Assembly (NCBI GenBank): GCA_028023455.1
Contig: JAQFVV010000008.1
Location: 10,416,001 to 10,480,000, forward strand
Direction of reading: 5' to 3'
DNA from: Epiperipatus broadwayi
Taxonomy: Eukaryota > Animalia > Onychophora
Length of the DNA: 64,000 bases
Positions 51,021-64,000 of this stretch are shown here, piece by piece (the stretch's first letter is position 1; every line of letters starts with the position of its first letter). Both the position numbers and the translations under genes were made by a program. A model generated the notes under the pieces. It was not told where the DNA came from. It was given only the letters and a program-made list of their open reading frames with translations, and ran no database searches.

Positions 51021-52234
51021 TATAAAACATAGCACTATAAAAATAAATGCTTATTTATAAAAGAGAATTAAAACAATATCTCTGAATAATATCCTCTATT
51101 AAATGCACTCATTCATAATATTGCAAAATATTCTGTAATGTATAAATTACATAATTTGTTATGCTTACATTGTTATAAATATATTATTCTTAGATTGTAT
51201 TGGTCACATAATTTTCATTTGCATAAAGCTCAAGTAGATTATAATCTATTACAAGCTTTGTACCTCAGAAAATATTTATGATTTTTAGATATAGATTATT
51301 TATGCTATTATAAAAATTGTGCCATGATTGGGTCATAATTCTAAGAATATTTTCTTTAACCAAAGATAAAATGACATTTTATATACCAAATAGTTTTGAT
51401 ACACTGACATTTATTTCTGGTGATCATTATGAATAACATTTCTCCACATGATCTAACCTTTATTTGATTTTTCACATTGCTTCTCAAAGATACTTTATTA
51501 TTCAATGCTGCATATGTCTCATACTATGGACAAAATACGATAAATAATCTGATAAAATTTGTACTTTAAGAGAAATCTCAAGTTCTCTTCTATTAAATAT
51601 TAACTGGTTTGTTTTTGAATTTCAGGCTATTAACTGATAAAATGAAAAGATTAAAAATAATATTGGTTGAAAAGATTCAAATCTAAAGCTCCTCACTAAT
51701 GAAAGCCTATAATCACAACCTTGTTATTAACTGAATATACATCATATCTATTTTAACTTTATTTTTCTGTTTTATGCCAATTTATATACCTTACTACTAA
51801 TATTTAACTTTTTATATTTTATTTAATACTACTTCCAAATAATATGAAATTATATTATTGTTATATTTAATTTCTATATATTGTAATCATTTATTCTTAT
51901 GAAAATTTCTTATAAGCATGTTCATTCTTTTACAACAATTTAACTAATTGGAAGTCAGATATTACAATATTTTTGTAAAACAGTTTACAATATTTAAAAA
52001 AACACACACACACAAGATCTACTATTTCTGCACAATCCAAAGAAAACAATAAACATCAAAACCTAAAATCATTAAAATCTATAAATGAATGAGGCAAATA
52101 TAAATTTTATCTATAAATCAAATTTTCTAGTGTGACATCCACTAATTTCTTTTCTTTCAATATTTTTTCTAAGTTACAAAGTATCATAACTCATATTTTT
52201 ACTGAATGTGTGATCTTAATTAAGATATGTTTTT

Positions 52235-52333
52235 TTTTTTCTCATATGTCAAATTCATTGACCTGGAAGACAACCAAGGTCAGCTGTTTGGAAGGCAGCT
52301 ATGCTAACCACTAGGCCACCAATGTTTGACATC
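52235..52333 (-). mobile_element. Older tRNA-Gly(TCC)-derived SINE or retropseudogene
   Basis: Minus strand CATTGGTGGCCTAGTGGTTAGCATAGCTGCCTTCCAAACAGCTGACCTTGG..CCAGGTCAATG closely follows eukaryotic tRNA-Gly(TCC). A tail present. 15-bp TSD TTAAGATATGTTTTT at 52220 and 52334. Confidence 0.85.
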
Positions 52334-52666
52334 TTAAGATATGTTTTTGCACCAATATAAATAACAAGCAACATTTTTCAAATGATAAAAATATCTTAAA
52401 TATTTAGATATTAGTATGAATGACAAACCAAGCTTATATATTTTTATGCATATATTTTAAATATATCTTTTTTCCATAATTTCTTTTCAAATGCATTTAT
52501 AGTCTTGGCATTCTTTGAACACATACATCATCAAACTTACATTCTTAACAATTTCTTTCCTAGCAAATCTAGAGAACTTTTGTCTCACTTTTTTTTAAAA
52601 AAGAATTTCAATTGAAATTGTTTCAAAGTGTAAAGCCATAGTAATTCTACTAAATGTAAAGGAATT

Positions 52667-52772
52667 GTCTTGCAGTGGTGGTCGAGAGGTCAGCGTGACT
52701 GCCTTGCACTTGCAGGCAGTTGCCCGGGTTGCGAGTTCGCGTCCCGGCCGATGCTATGACACTTTAAAAAAA
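52667..52772 (+). mobile_element. Young tRNA-Gly-derived SINE
   Basis: A box TGGTCGAGAGG, B-box-like GAGTTCGCGTCC, end CCCGGCCGATGC, A tail, CpGs retained. 15-bp TSD AAATGTAAAGGAATT at 52652 and 52773. Confidence 0.9.
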
Positions 52773-54814
52773 AAATGTAAAGGAATTCAAAAAGGATTCC
52801 CTGTAAGTGATAAAATAATAATTCATTTAATCACAACCAAAATAATAGTCATTTATTGTAAAAAATAAATTGCCCTTTCATAAAATAATGAAAAGTGAAA
52901 AATAAATATATATTTTATAATAACAAAAAAGTCAATAAGTGTTTTTTTTTTTGATTAAAAATAATCAAGGTAATAGGTATACACATAAGTACACTTATAT
53001 ATAATTTATGCATTAATCTGTTCTTTTAAAAATATTTTTGTTTATAATTTTAATTTGTTATATGCTGTAATTTTTAAATTAAGTTATATTACAGATATGT
53101 GTATATCAATTTCAAAAAGAATCTGGGTTCTCTTTTTATATATCCGTGTGTGTGCATGTGTGTATTAAAAAAGCTCTATATATGTACAAATCTGTAAATA
53201 GTATTGCAAACAAAGTTTGAATTATATTTTAATTTATGTTACCCATTAAGGATCTTAGAACAAAATATAATGAATATGGCATTTCTACTGTACATTATAA
53301 TTATTAAAATTTTGTTTTAAAATGTCTTTATGGCAAATATACAGCAGAGATATCTTTTAGTGAAGAGAACAAACACATATATGTATTTAATAAATCAAAC
53401 AAAAGATTATATATCAGATTATAAAATACTAATTTAAGTGATATTCCCAATATTAATAAATAGTTATCCTAATAACTATAAATTACATTTATGGCTCCAA
53501 AAAGTTCTGTGAGTAAACATTGTACATTTTAAAAAAAGAAAATACTAGAACATTATCAGTGATAATTAGGCATTGCTTTTAGATAATGATTAACAAAAAA
53601 TTATCAAATGTTGTCATTACAAAATCTCCCATGATTTCCCTCGCACAAATATAATCAGGGCTGATACCATCACTTTTTCTAGAAGCCAAAATATAAGCTT
53701 TAATTGAATAAGAGGATACTTGACAAGTTTCTAGATATCTAGCTCTCTTTTAATAGAAAAATACTGAATTGCTTTGAATTCAACAAATGGTTGAATAAAA
53801 GATAGACTCTAGACTGCAATCGGTCTTTTATTAGAAGAAGGAAGTTAGTTAGAAACTGCTCGTAAACACTACATTGTTTTTTTATCAGTGTGCATCATAA
53901 ATTTATTCAGTGGCAATATTTATCAATTTTTTAATTTCGAAATTTAATATAATTATTGTCTATCTAAACTTTTAGTTACAAATTTTTTTTAAAAAAATTT
54001 CTAAAATAGTAAATCAAATTTAGTCCATAATTTCATATTGATGTGGTGTTATTATAATTTGTACTCTTTACATTCCAATAAATCTTTGTTTATTTGAAAT
54101 AAAGTATTTTGATATTTGACTTTTTAATGACAGTTTCTTCTTTTAAATTTAAATATTTAATTTACTGACATTGATAAAAATGGATTTGCTATAATTAAAC
54201 TTTAAAGATAGAATTAAAATCATGAAAAATTAATATATAATAGTTATATTAATGAATCTATACGAGGAAAGAAAATCAAAGAGAAAAAAAGAAATTAACT
54301 TTTTAAAATTATAATCAAAACGGATTGATCTGCTTTTAAAAATAACTAAAATTATATTAAAATTGTTTTATGGCTACAATATTATTATAAAATAATAAGT
54401 ATTTTTAAAAGAAATCTGTCATCTTTTTAATCATTAGGTAATTTTTAAATTGCTGATAACTTTTACAATTTAAAGTAAAAAATTGAAAGATATAACATTA
54501 ACCAAATGGAAATTATATAAAATTTTCATTTTGGTGGCAAATTTTCTGAAAGTTGGTTTTCCTTAGTATCTCTTTCCTTTCTTTTCTCTCTTTTTTATTT
54601 TTCTTTCTGTTTTCTGTTAATATATTTATGAATGTATAATCATTAAGCATATACATAACTTTATAATGGAATAAGTTTTCATAGTAAAATATGATCTTAT
54701 TTAATAGTCTCATGGTGCACAGATATCAGATACACAAAACTTGTTTGCAGCTAATACAGATCAGTCAGCCCAAATAACATCTAATTTTGATCAATAAATA
54801 GCTATCTATCTATT

Positions 54815-55150
54815 CATAACAATAATATTGGCACCAGCATGGGATTTGGGCTTTCCATCATCAGATTTTTAATAGTATGGATGGCTGAAGAGTTGGAAGT
54901 TGGAGTAGATTGAAGCCTGTCCATTAAATTTATGAAGATTTTCTATCTTAATATAAACTGAGCACTGATTATACATATGTGTGGGAGATGATAATGCATA
55001 AAATATGTATATTGGTGATTATTTATCTTTTCTACATGTGTGTGGGCATGTGTATCAGTGATATGAGATGGTGTGGATAGTTGAAGGTTTCTTGAAAGTC
55101 TGTGTTCAAATTCACTACATTTATTCATAACAAGAGAGTAAAACAAGAGG
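54815..55150 (+). repeat. Family-C copy with decayed hammerhead
   Basis: Reverse complement of 15740-15900 and 16030-16230. HHR decayed to GATGATAATGCAT AAAA TATGTAT A TTGG at ~54987-55015. Confidence 0.75.
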
Positions 55151-55841
55151 AGAAACTATTCAAACTTTCATCATGTGATAATTGACAAACTCAGGTGAAA
55201 CCTTTGGTAAATAATGGGTTATTTAAAGTCTATTTTGTTTATTCATCTATCAAATATCTTTTTAATGTAATTTGATTCAAATAAAAGAAAATATTTCTTC
55301 TTCAGTAATACACTATCAATTTGTTTTTATTAAACATTTAAACTATTATTAAAAATGTCAGAAAAAATAAATCTTAAAAATAACTGACTTCATCTTTTAG
55401 TTTTTCTTTCTCTTCATTTAGTGTGTTCTATAAATTAGTAGTAGTAAAAATAGGTTGTTTATTACAGGTAACATTTATTTATCTAACCATCTGTTGTCGC
55501 TTCTTTTTGTCAAAGTTCATTAATTATCTCTCATTATTAGCATCTACATTTTAGAATCTATATTGTTGCAAACTAACTAGAGTATATCTTCATATACATA
55601 TGAACTTGCTGGTAATGAGGACTCATTTTGTTTATTTTTTTTTTGTGTGAAAATGGTAAGTTACAATTTTTTTTGTTCAAAACTATACTGAATGATTTCA
55701 AATACAAATCCAGTAATGCACTTGTTATTATTTAAACAGGTAAAACTCTCCATACAGTAGTGCCATTCAGAAGCCAGAGTAATCAATGGATGCCAGAAGG
55801 CTTGTGCATAAAATCACTAGGTAGTGAAGACTCATCCAATA

Positions 55842-55883
55842 TCCCCAGACTAGTTTCTAGCTTGTGGCTTTCATCAGTAAGGA
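55842..55883 (-). ncRNA. Minimal type I hammerhead ribozyme (family B)
   Basis: UCCUUA CUGAUGA A-AGC cacaa GCU-A GAAA CUAG UC^ UGGGGA: complete core, palindromic ACUAGU stem III, GUC site. Stem II is closed by an A-A mismatch. Confidence 0.7.
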
Positions 55884-56176
55884 TCCTTGGATCTGAGAAC
55901 ACTATACCTAGATCTTAGGATCTAATGCAACCCTCCAACAGTGACCTTTTATCTCTACTTAACTATAAAGCTATAAGAATAAAATTGAAAACACAAAAAT
56001 ATTTTCAATCCAACTCATTAAATTATATAGTGATATAGGTCTGAATTTGGATTGAAAATATTTCTGTGTTTTCAATTTCATTCTCATAGTTTTGTAGTTA
56101 AGTAGAGATAAAAGATGGCTGCTGGAGGGTTGCATTAGATTCTAAGATCTAGATGCAGTGCTCTCGGATCCAAGGC

Positions 56177-56218
56177 TCCTCACTGATGAAAGCTACAAGC
56201 TAGAAACTAATCTGGAGA
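56177..56218 (+). ncRNA. Hammerhead ribozyme (family B), partly decayed
   Basis: UCCUCA CUGAUGA AAGCUACAAGCUA GAAA CUAA UC UGGAGA: core intact, with mutations in stems I and III. Confidence 0.55.
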
Positions 56219-59200
56219 CATTGGATAAGTAGGCACTAGATAGGGATTTTATGCACAAGTCTTCTGGCATCCATTGATTACTCTGTCTTGCCTGTTTTAA
56301 TAACAGATATGAGCAAGCATAAGAAATGGTGATTATGTGACACTTGTTATTAGTCTTAATCCAGCTTTAATGAATTTTGAATGATTAAAACTTTATTATT
56401 AAATTTTGAAAAGGATGCTTAAGGTTTCTGTGGCAGATTAAGTGCTATGGTGCTGGAATAAATTGTTTAAAATGATTTTATACAATGCAAACTACTGAAG
56501 ACATTTAAATGTTAGTATTTTTGTAGGACCCTGATATCATTGCGCAGAAGGATTAATATACAAGCTTTTTTCATAAAACTTCAAGTCTATGAATGATAAC
56601 TGAATAGCTCAAGAAAAAATGGATATACTTTCTTTTTTCAGCAGCATAATACTATGATTAAAACATAATAATGAGTTATAATTCAATATCCTATTGTTTT
56701 TTTTTTTTAGTGTTTTAATTAAAACTAAACTATAAACTATTTAATTGTAAACATTATTAAAGAATGATAGTCTTTTCATTATTGAAATACACTGAACATT
56801 TTAAATTTATAATAAATCTGTTTTTAAAACCTTACAATGGTGATTATTAAAATGAGGTCTCCAATCTGTTGCTATTATTTTAAACAGAAAATTAGCTTAT
56901 AATTTTAAAATAGTAATGGAGTGACTATATCTTCTTTTCTAAACTAATTGTGAATTGATTTTTAGTATTTATATTGTAACCTTATATTTACTATTATAAT
57001 TAACTTAATACAACCAAAAACTGTAAAAAAATTTAGTGGCTTTATTTTCTGGTTAAGCAAAATAAATTCATCACTATTATTTGGCAGATAGCAGATAATA
57101 TAGTCAAAATATACTGCCTAAAACAATATAAATTTTGAAAAAGTATTTAAAGATGTCTTCTGAACCGATTTTGTTAATCAATGCACATATCAAATACGTG
57201 CATTGGTATTTTCATTATTATTTTGAAAAGCGCACAAAAGATACAATCATATCAAATTAATATTGTAGAAAGATATACAAAATAGGGTACAATAAATCAA
57301 ACATAATAAAACATAATATTTTAAAATAAGTTTTACAATAACTATATTATAATAATTACAATTGAATTATATTTATGTAAAATAGTAGAGCAAACTGTCC
57401 TTTTAAAATATATGTGTGTGTGCATGAAAGTTATATGTTTAAAAACTTCATCCATTTTAAAAGTTATAAATGTAAAGCTAATAAATTAAATTATTTTGAT
57501 TGATTGGTGTTAATTAAAAGGTATTTTAAATTAATTTAATAAAAATAAATATCTGAGAACTTTAAAGGGGTAATATAAGTTATTTATTTGTTTAATAGAT
57601 GATTGTAAAATTTATTTTGAGTTAGATCTAGATGAAATATTTGAAAAAAATGATATGATTTTTTTTTCTTTCTTTTCCTTCATGTCTGGAAAATTGTAAT
57701 GCTTAAAATAATACCAGATAATTTTGCTTATCTGCTTCTTCTGTATCACCATGACAGTGAATAAATTTTTCCTGGAAAAACCTAAAATCAGACAAACATA
57801 GTGGGAAATAGTGACTAATTAAAATATCAGCTGACTAGCAACTTTAAATAGGAATGCTTGGGAAAATCCAATCAGGCTTTGTAAAATTGCAGTGGATCCA
57901 GTCTAATTAAATTTCAAAAATAGCCATTTTGACTGTATTCTTCATAATGTCAGAATAGACAAGCTCATTCTAGGCATTTTGTATAGCTGGTAAAATGTTT
58001 TCTTCTCCTTGAACTAAAATGGACAAACAACAACAACAAGAGTTATCACTTAATATTATTCTCAAGAAAATCTAATTTACTGCTTTCAACTATTAATGAA
58101 AATTTTGGAAAATTGTTTATAGGATATTTACAATAACTTCAATCAAGTCATTTTATCTTTTTTCAAAATAATTTGTGAAATAATTTTTTGAAAACTATGG
58201 ATTATCTTATTATGGATTAGTAAAAGATAAAACTTTAATCAATAAATTTAAATCCATGTATAAAGTTGTATAAAATTTGCAATTTTGGAGAAAATGCTTA
58301 ATTATTAATGGAAAAACAACTAAATTAATTTGTCTATGGATTGTTATTTATTTTCTAGATCTTATTAATTATTAAAATAGCCTGAAATATATAAAAAAAT
58401 AAATAAGGTGTGTTAAAACCAAAGGATTAGTGATATTATGCTTTTTAAAAATATATGGTAAATGCCAACCATAAGGATAAACTTGCAAATGTTCTCTAAA
58501 GGATTAAACCTAGAAACTATGATTCAATATTAGTCCTTTAACAATGGATTTAGAATTATAAATGCTATGATATGAAGTATGATACTCATCACAAATTGAT
58601 CAGTAGTTGTTCTAAAATGGATTAATGTGCTATTAATCTGGAATTGGATTACTAAATGTGCTTACTACAATTTTAAAAATCATTGTATTAAGTCTCACTA
58701 AGGATTTAAACCTATGAAAATAATTACCTGGTGCTTATAATACCTAATGCTTATATTAAAGTATTGCCAGTAAATTATAAGTGTCGGACTATTCTGCAGA
58801 GTGTAAATATTCCCACAGGATAATTCTCAACTGTTCACAAAAGTAGGATTATGAAATAATGGATTACTTAAATAAACTCTGTTATAATTGTTTAATTATT
58901 TAGTTATATTTATTATTAGTGTAATAAATAATAAAGTTCTCAAGATAGTGCTGAGATATGAAGATATAGGATATTTTATTGATGATATTGGATATGGTTG
59001 TAATATATGTGATTTGCATTTTATATTGGAGTCAGGTTGCATTTTGTTAAAATAATTTTTAAACTTAAGTAAACCTGTTTATATTTAACATACTTTATGC
59101 TTCATTAATCCTTATATTCAACCTCAGATTCATAGGTAGCTAATCATTCTTGAGTAGAAGATTAAATCACTAAGAAATATTTATTTGTATAGCACCTATG

Positions 59201-60039
59201 ATATTTTGTATTACTTTTAAAATGCTATATTATGCAATAAAGCATTGTGATGGTATAAATAAAATAAATTGTAATTGTTAATAAAGATGTATTCCTAACT
59301 AATTATTAAAACTTTGAGTAATATAATCATTCTAGTAAAGGATACAATTGTAGAATAAATAAAGCTATGTATATCATTTAGGAGTGCTAACTTAGCCCAA
59401 AAGACTGAAAGAATGGGCCAGCTTTTATAAAATGAGGTAGATAATTTATTAATTATTGTGACCAAGATCATTCAGGATATTATAAAACATTATTATTCTC
59501 CTGTATGTAAAATTAGTTTTTGCTTTAAAATTGTTTAAACCTCTCTAATAGAGTGCCATTGCCTTTACAACACTTTAGAATTACACAAACTCATAGCGTA
59601 AGCTTAGCTTATTTTTGGAAATAAACACTAATATTTATTGATTTTTGTTACAGAGTTTTGTTATTAAATTGCATTTATTACTGTTCACTTACAATTTTAT
59701 TATTTTTGTTTATATACTTGTTATTTTATAATAAAGCAATTGTTATATGTAATACATTTGTTGTCATTATTATTCCATCATTTTTGCATATTTATAAAAT
59801 AAAGGTCATACTTCCAAGCTATTAAATTACATATTCATTTATTTAAATTTCATTCACCATTTATTATTACTATTGCTATCTGAAATGCAAATTTGTAGAA
59901 TAAGATGATGTACAATCCAATTCCGTTTTACATTTATTATACTTAGAATTAATTGCTAAACTTTACATCAATACATTTTTTTTTTTTTTTAAATGATTAA
60001 GATTGATTTAATAATCCTGAGATAAACAATTAGTTAAAC

Positions 60040-60242
60040 ATTATATAACAAAAAACACTTATTTATAATTGTTAATAGAGAAGAAGTTATAAATTAATAT
60101 TAAAGTTCATCGGCTTAACGTTTTCGAGGATCCATGAATATGAGGCATGGATCCTCGAAAACGTTAAGCTGATAAACTTTAATATTAATTTATATCTTCT
60201 TCTCTATTAACAATTATAAATAAGTGTTTTTTGTTACATAAT
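60040..60242. repeat. Near-perfect ~200-bp hairpin (97-bp arms, 9-nt loop) with a hammerhead 3' half at the turn
   Basis: Arms 60040-60136 and 60146-60242 with about 4 mismatches. GAGG catggat CCTC GAAA ACGT TA at 60142-60166. Confidence 0.9.
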
Positions 60243-63200
60243 ATTGAGAAGTAAAACTATATTTATTAAACATTATATTTAAGTTAGATATTAAAAAGAA
60301 TCAATTTGCTAGCCTTATATAAAATATGTATTAATTTATATTAAAGTAGTTCTTTATACGAGAGATATCATAATAAATGTGTGTTTAAGAATAGAGTAAG
60401 ATTTTTATCCTACATCTACAAGAATATTTTGAGAAATTTATTTATTTTGAATATTATGTATTATTAAATTGTGGAATATTTCTAACATTTATTTTATGTG
60501 GAGATAAAACATATATTCATTTTAATTTACTGTTGTAAGTGCACAACCAGTTGTAAACACACTTCATGTGAAAACACATTCAATCTCAACCGATTGTCTT
60601 TTACTCCTACCTGATTGTGACTTGAACTTTGGGTTACAATATATATAATAGTAAAGTGAGTTTACAATTATAAAATAACAGCTAAAAGTGAAACATGTAG
60701 ATTTTATTTTATATTTAATGATTGGTGCCATCCAATAGTCAACTTTCTATTTCTGATTCACCTTATTAAAAGCCAATGCAATAAGTCCATACAGAATCAC
60801 TATGGCTTTAAGATTGTATTTTTAATTTCTTCATTTTTATTAAATTTTAAACTAAATAATATAGTTTCCATGAATAAATAATTGGTTTGAGAAGTTTCAT
60901 CTAAGAAATCTCATATGTGAAAATAAAAATAATATCACACATAGGTTAGAAGACACTAACTAAGAAGACATTTTTGTTTGAATTAGTTTGGCAATAATAG
61001 TAATTATTACAATAAATAAAAAGTTTGTTTTAAAATGTTTGTGTGTATCATGAAGCAATATTCATCAATTCGATTTCTCATCCTTATATGTGATGGCACT
61101 AGTGTTAATTGCAGATGTTTTATGTATATTGCAAGAGTTATGTAATGTTTTGTTTGTTATTGATATGCTTTCTTTAGTAGCAAAAAATAAAAAAGTTAAA
61201 AAAATACCCAAAAATATTTGTTTTTTTTGGCTCATTAAAAATAATGCAAAAAAAAAAAAAAAAAGCAATACACTAACAAAATAATCTATTCTCTTGTCAA
61301 CACTGTATCACATTGTAACCCAAGGTTTTTTCTATCTAATCAAATATCAAAGTTTCAATGCAAACTTAAGATACAATCCTATAAACTCTTTAAATTATGG
61401 ATGAACAATTACCAGATACTGACCTATCCTTCTTGATTATACTGAGACTCCAATTGACATCAGAAATAATAGAGTAGAATGCCCTAACAACAATATGAAT
61501 AAGTAATTTAGAAGCTATCACTTTGAAATTCATATTAAGGCTGAGAACTTATGAACATATTTTGTTTAAATTTGAAATGGTACTATTATAGTATACAGTT
61601 GATTCATTTGGTGAAGCTACATAGGACAAAAACAACAACTAATGAATAAAGAAATAAAATGGAAACATTTATTATTGAATTTATGGCTAAACTAATATAT
61701 TAAATAAAATCAAGAGAACTATATATTTTGCAATAAAAATTATTTATTTATCAAAATATCAATTATTTAACAAAGAATATGCCTTTGACAGATACAATAT
61801 ACACATATATGCAAATCTATAATAAATGAAATTTCAAAAAATAAAACCATTCATAGCAAGACTCAAATAAAAGCAAGTACATGTATATTAAATAAAAATT
61901 TTAAAAAAGCAAAAACTAGTTCCTGCACAAAACATGTATTAAATAAATCAAAAAGTAACCGATACACAAAATATGTATGAAATAGAAATAAGCAATATTT
62001 AATATACTCTTATAATCATGAATTCAAAAATAAAGGTGGACATGTGAATTCAAAAATAAATGTAGATATTTTTTATGAATTTTCATTACTGTGTATATTT
62101 TATTTGCCATTACTGTATTTTTTTGTTAAATAATTATATTGTTTAAGTAAATACATTATTTTATTGCAAAATATATTACTTTTTTGACTTTATTTAATAT
62201 ATTCTTATAATTGTGAATTGCAGAATAAATGTGTTACATTTTATTTATTTTTTTATCTATTAGTTGTTGTTGTTTTATTCGATGACAAATACTTTTCAAA
62301 TAGTTCAGGTTTTAAGAAAATTAACTTCACTAATATATTGCTTGCATAATATAGGTATAAAATTAGTTATGTAAAAAATTAATAATAAATCCAACTATGC
62401 AATAACTGTAAAATAAATAATAGCATAACAAATAAAACTATAATGAAGTAATATTATTTATGAATGCAAATTTATTTTTTTGTTATATTGTTTTTTTTTT
62501 TAGTTTAATCTTCTATTAATATATTTTTAAAAATTAAGAAAAAAAAAGTTTGCTTTCTATATTAATGATGAAAACACAGATTCAGTTTTCATTAATATGT
62601 AAAATAAAACAATGAGTAGTTATTAATCTTTAAAATTTTTTTAAAAATAAAGTGTATATAACTACTGCAATGCAAAACAAATTTTTGCCTTCAATAATTG
62701 AAAAGCTTTTGAAATAAGAACAAGCAAAATGTTATAACAATTCTTATATCTGTGTTGTGAGATTACAATTTAAACTGAATTTCTTTAAATATACTGTAAA
62801 AGCTGTATCAAAATATTGGCCAGCATCTTAACAATCAAATGATATATTTATGCAGTTAAAATACGTATTTAGTGCATTATTATATTAACTCGATTTTAAT
62901 TTTTTTTTTTAATTTACGAATTCTACAAACAAAAGAAAATAACTTTCACAATCTGAGATATCAGAACTGAACTCTAGCCAAGAACAAACAATATGTTGGA
63001 ATTGTGCTCTTAAGGAGTGTGGCTGGATTTCAGCCTAATTCATACTCTATGTAGTAACACTTTCAGTGAAGATTGTTTTAGAAAAAAATCATGTGTATAT
63101 ATTAAAATTTAACAAATTAAGAGCAGTTGTTTTTTCCTCTTCTTAGAAATGTATATATAGATATTCTACAACATCTAATTAAACCCATTAGGTCACCTGC

Positions 63201-64000
63201 ATATCATTCACACTGTAAACAGTTTCACTAAAATGGATAGGCTTTTTTTAATTCAAAATAATAATCAATTTACCAGGAATTTACATTGTCGTATGAATTG
63301 ATAAATCAGTGAACCTGCTTCAGAGAATGTATCTGTCATAACAACATTCGTGTGGAAATTAAGTAAATAGATGACAATAAAATAACTTTGATGTTTTAAA
63401 AATATTCTGCTGATATTTTCGCAATCTTTATCTTAATATTCTCAGTATAAAAACACTATTTGTTTTTATGTTTCAATAAACTTTATAAAAATCTTTCATA
63501 TGTAAATAATATCGAGTTAAATTTAATTTTCTGTCTTATAATAAAGCATTTATTTTTAAATTTTTAGCATTATCAATTTAAAAATATCAGTGTATTCTTT
63601 TCTAGCTGTTTTTTTTTCCCACTATTATTGTGCATTATCACAAAAGTAAGATTTAATTCCACTTATTAATCACTTTCACAAAGTCATGTGACCAGTGTTA
63701 GCAATTCATAGGGAAGGGGAGAAAAAACTTTTCATTAAACGCAATCTAATCATTCTTTTAGCATGATTTTAAAGATGCTTAATCAGGTGTAATGAATAAT
63801 ATTTTCTATATGTACAAGTATGTGTGAGCTTAAAATGTTATTTATTTTATAAATACAAAATTATAGTAAGTATAAAAATAAGATAATGACTTATATCTTA
63901 AATATAATATGTTTAAAATTAAAATTTTAAAAATCAATTAATTGAATATCGGTTAATACTTTGAAGAATTATTGAAGAATTAAAAACAATAAAATTAACG

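Larger units (their letters stand above)
55730..56340. mobile_element. ~600-bp family-B palindrome with an outward-facing hammerhead in each arm
   Basis: Arms 55730-56020 and 56045-56303 are diverged reverse complements. The right arm continues to the shared family-B terminus at 56340. Confidence 0.85.

Noticed and set aside
52255-52325. Functional tRNA-Gly gene
   Set aside because: The T arm/B box is mutated (GGTTGTCTTCC), and the A tail and TSD indicate a retrocopy.
766-61284. Most ORFs in the six-frame track as genes
   Set aside because: They are short, low-complexity AT-rich translations (F/I/K/N/Y), often with non-ATG starts or built from (TA)n. Only TE-derived ones are recognisable.

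Overview
Very AT-rich, CpG-poor eukaryotic nuclear DNA, probably from an invertebrate (inferred from the repeat content). I could not confidently identify any host exon, and almost all ORFs in the supplied track are spurious. The window is mostly decayed transposable elements: Penelope-like elements (PLEs; one near-full-length RT+GIY-YIG relic and two 3' fragments), L1/Tx1-, RTE- and CR1/Jockey-like LINE remnants, a Merlin-like and a hAT (Blackjack-like) DNA transposon with TIRs and TSDs, tRNA-Gly-derived SINEs and candidate solo LTRs. The main signal is a hammerhead-ribozyme (HHR) system. A young array of ~99%-identical 414-bp non-coding units at 27659-29119 carries four intact minimal type I HHRs with a palindromic stem III; it is retrozyme-like, has one inverted arm and sits in a TA microsatellite. 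A second, older ~465-bp HHR tandem lies at 15645-16235. A third HHR family lies antisense just upstream of the PLE ORF and also occurs as fold-back palindromes. Several other 200-600 bp palindromes carry HHR relics pointing outward from the centre. All alignments and folds were done by eye; ribozyme activity is predicted, not shown.
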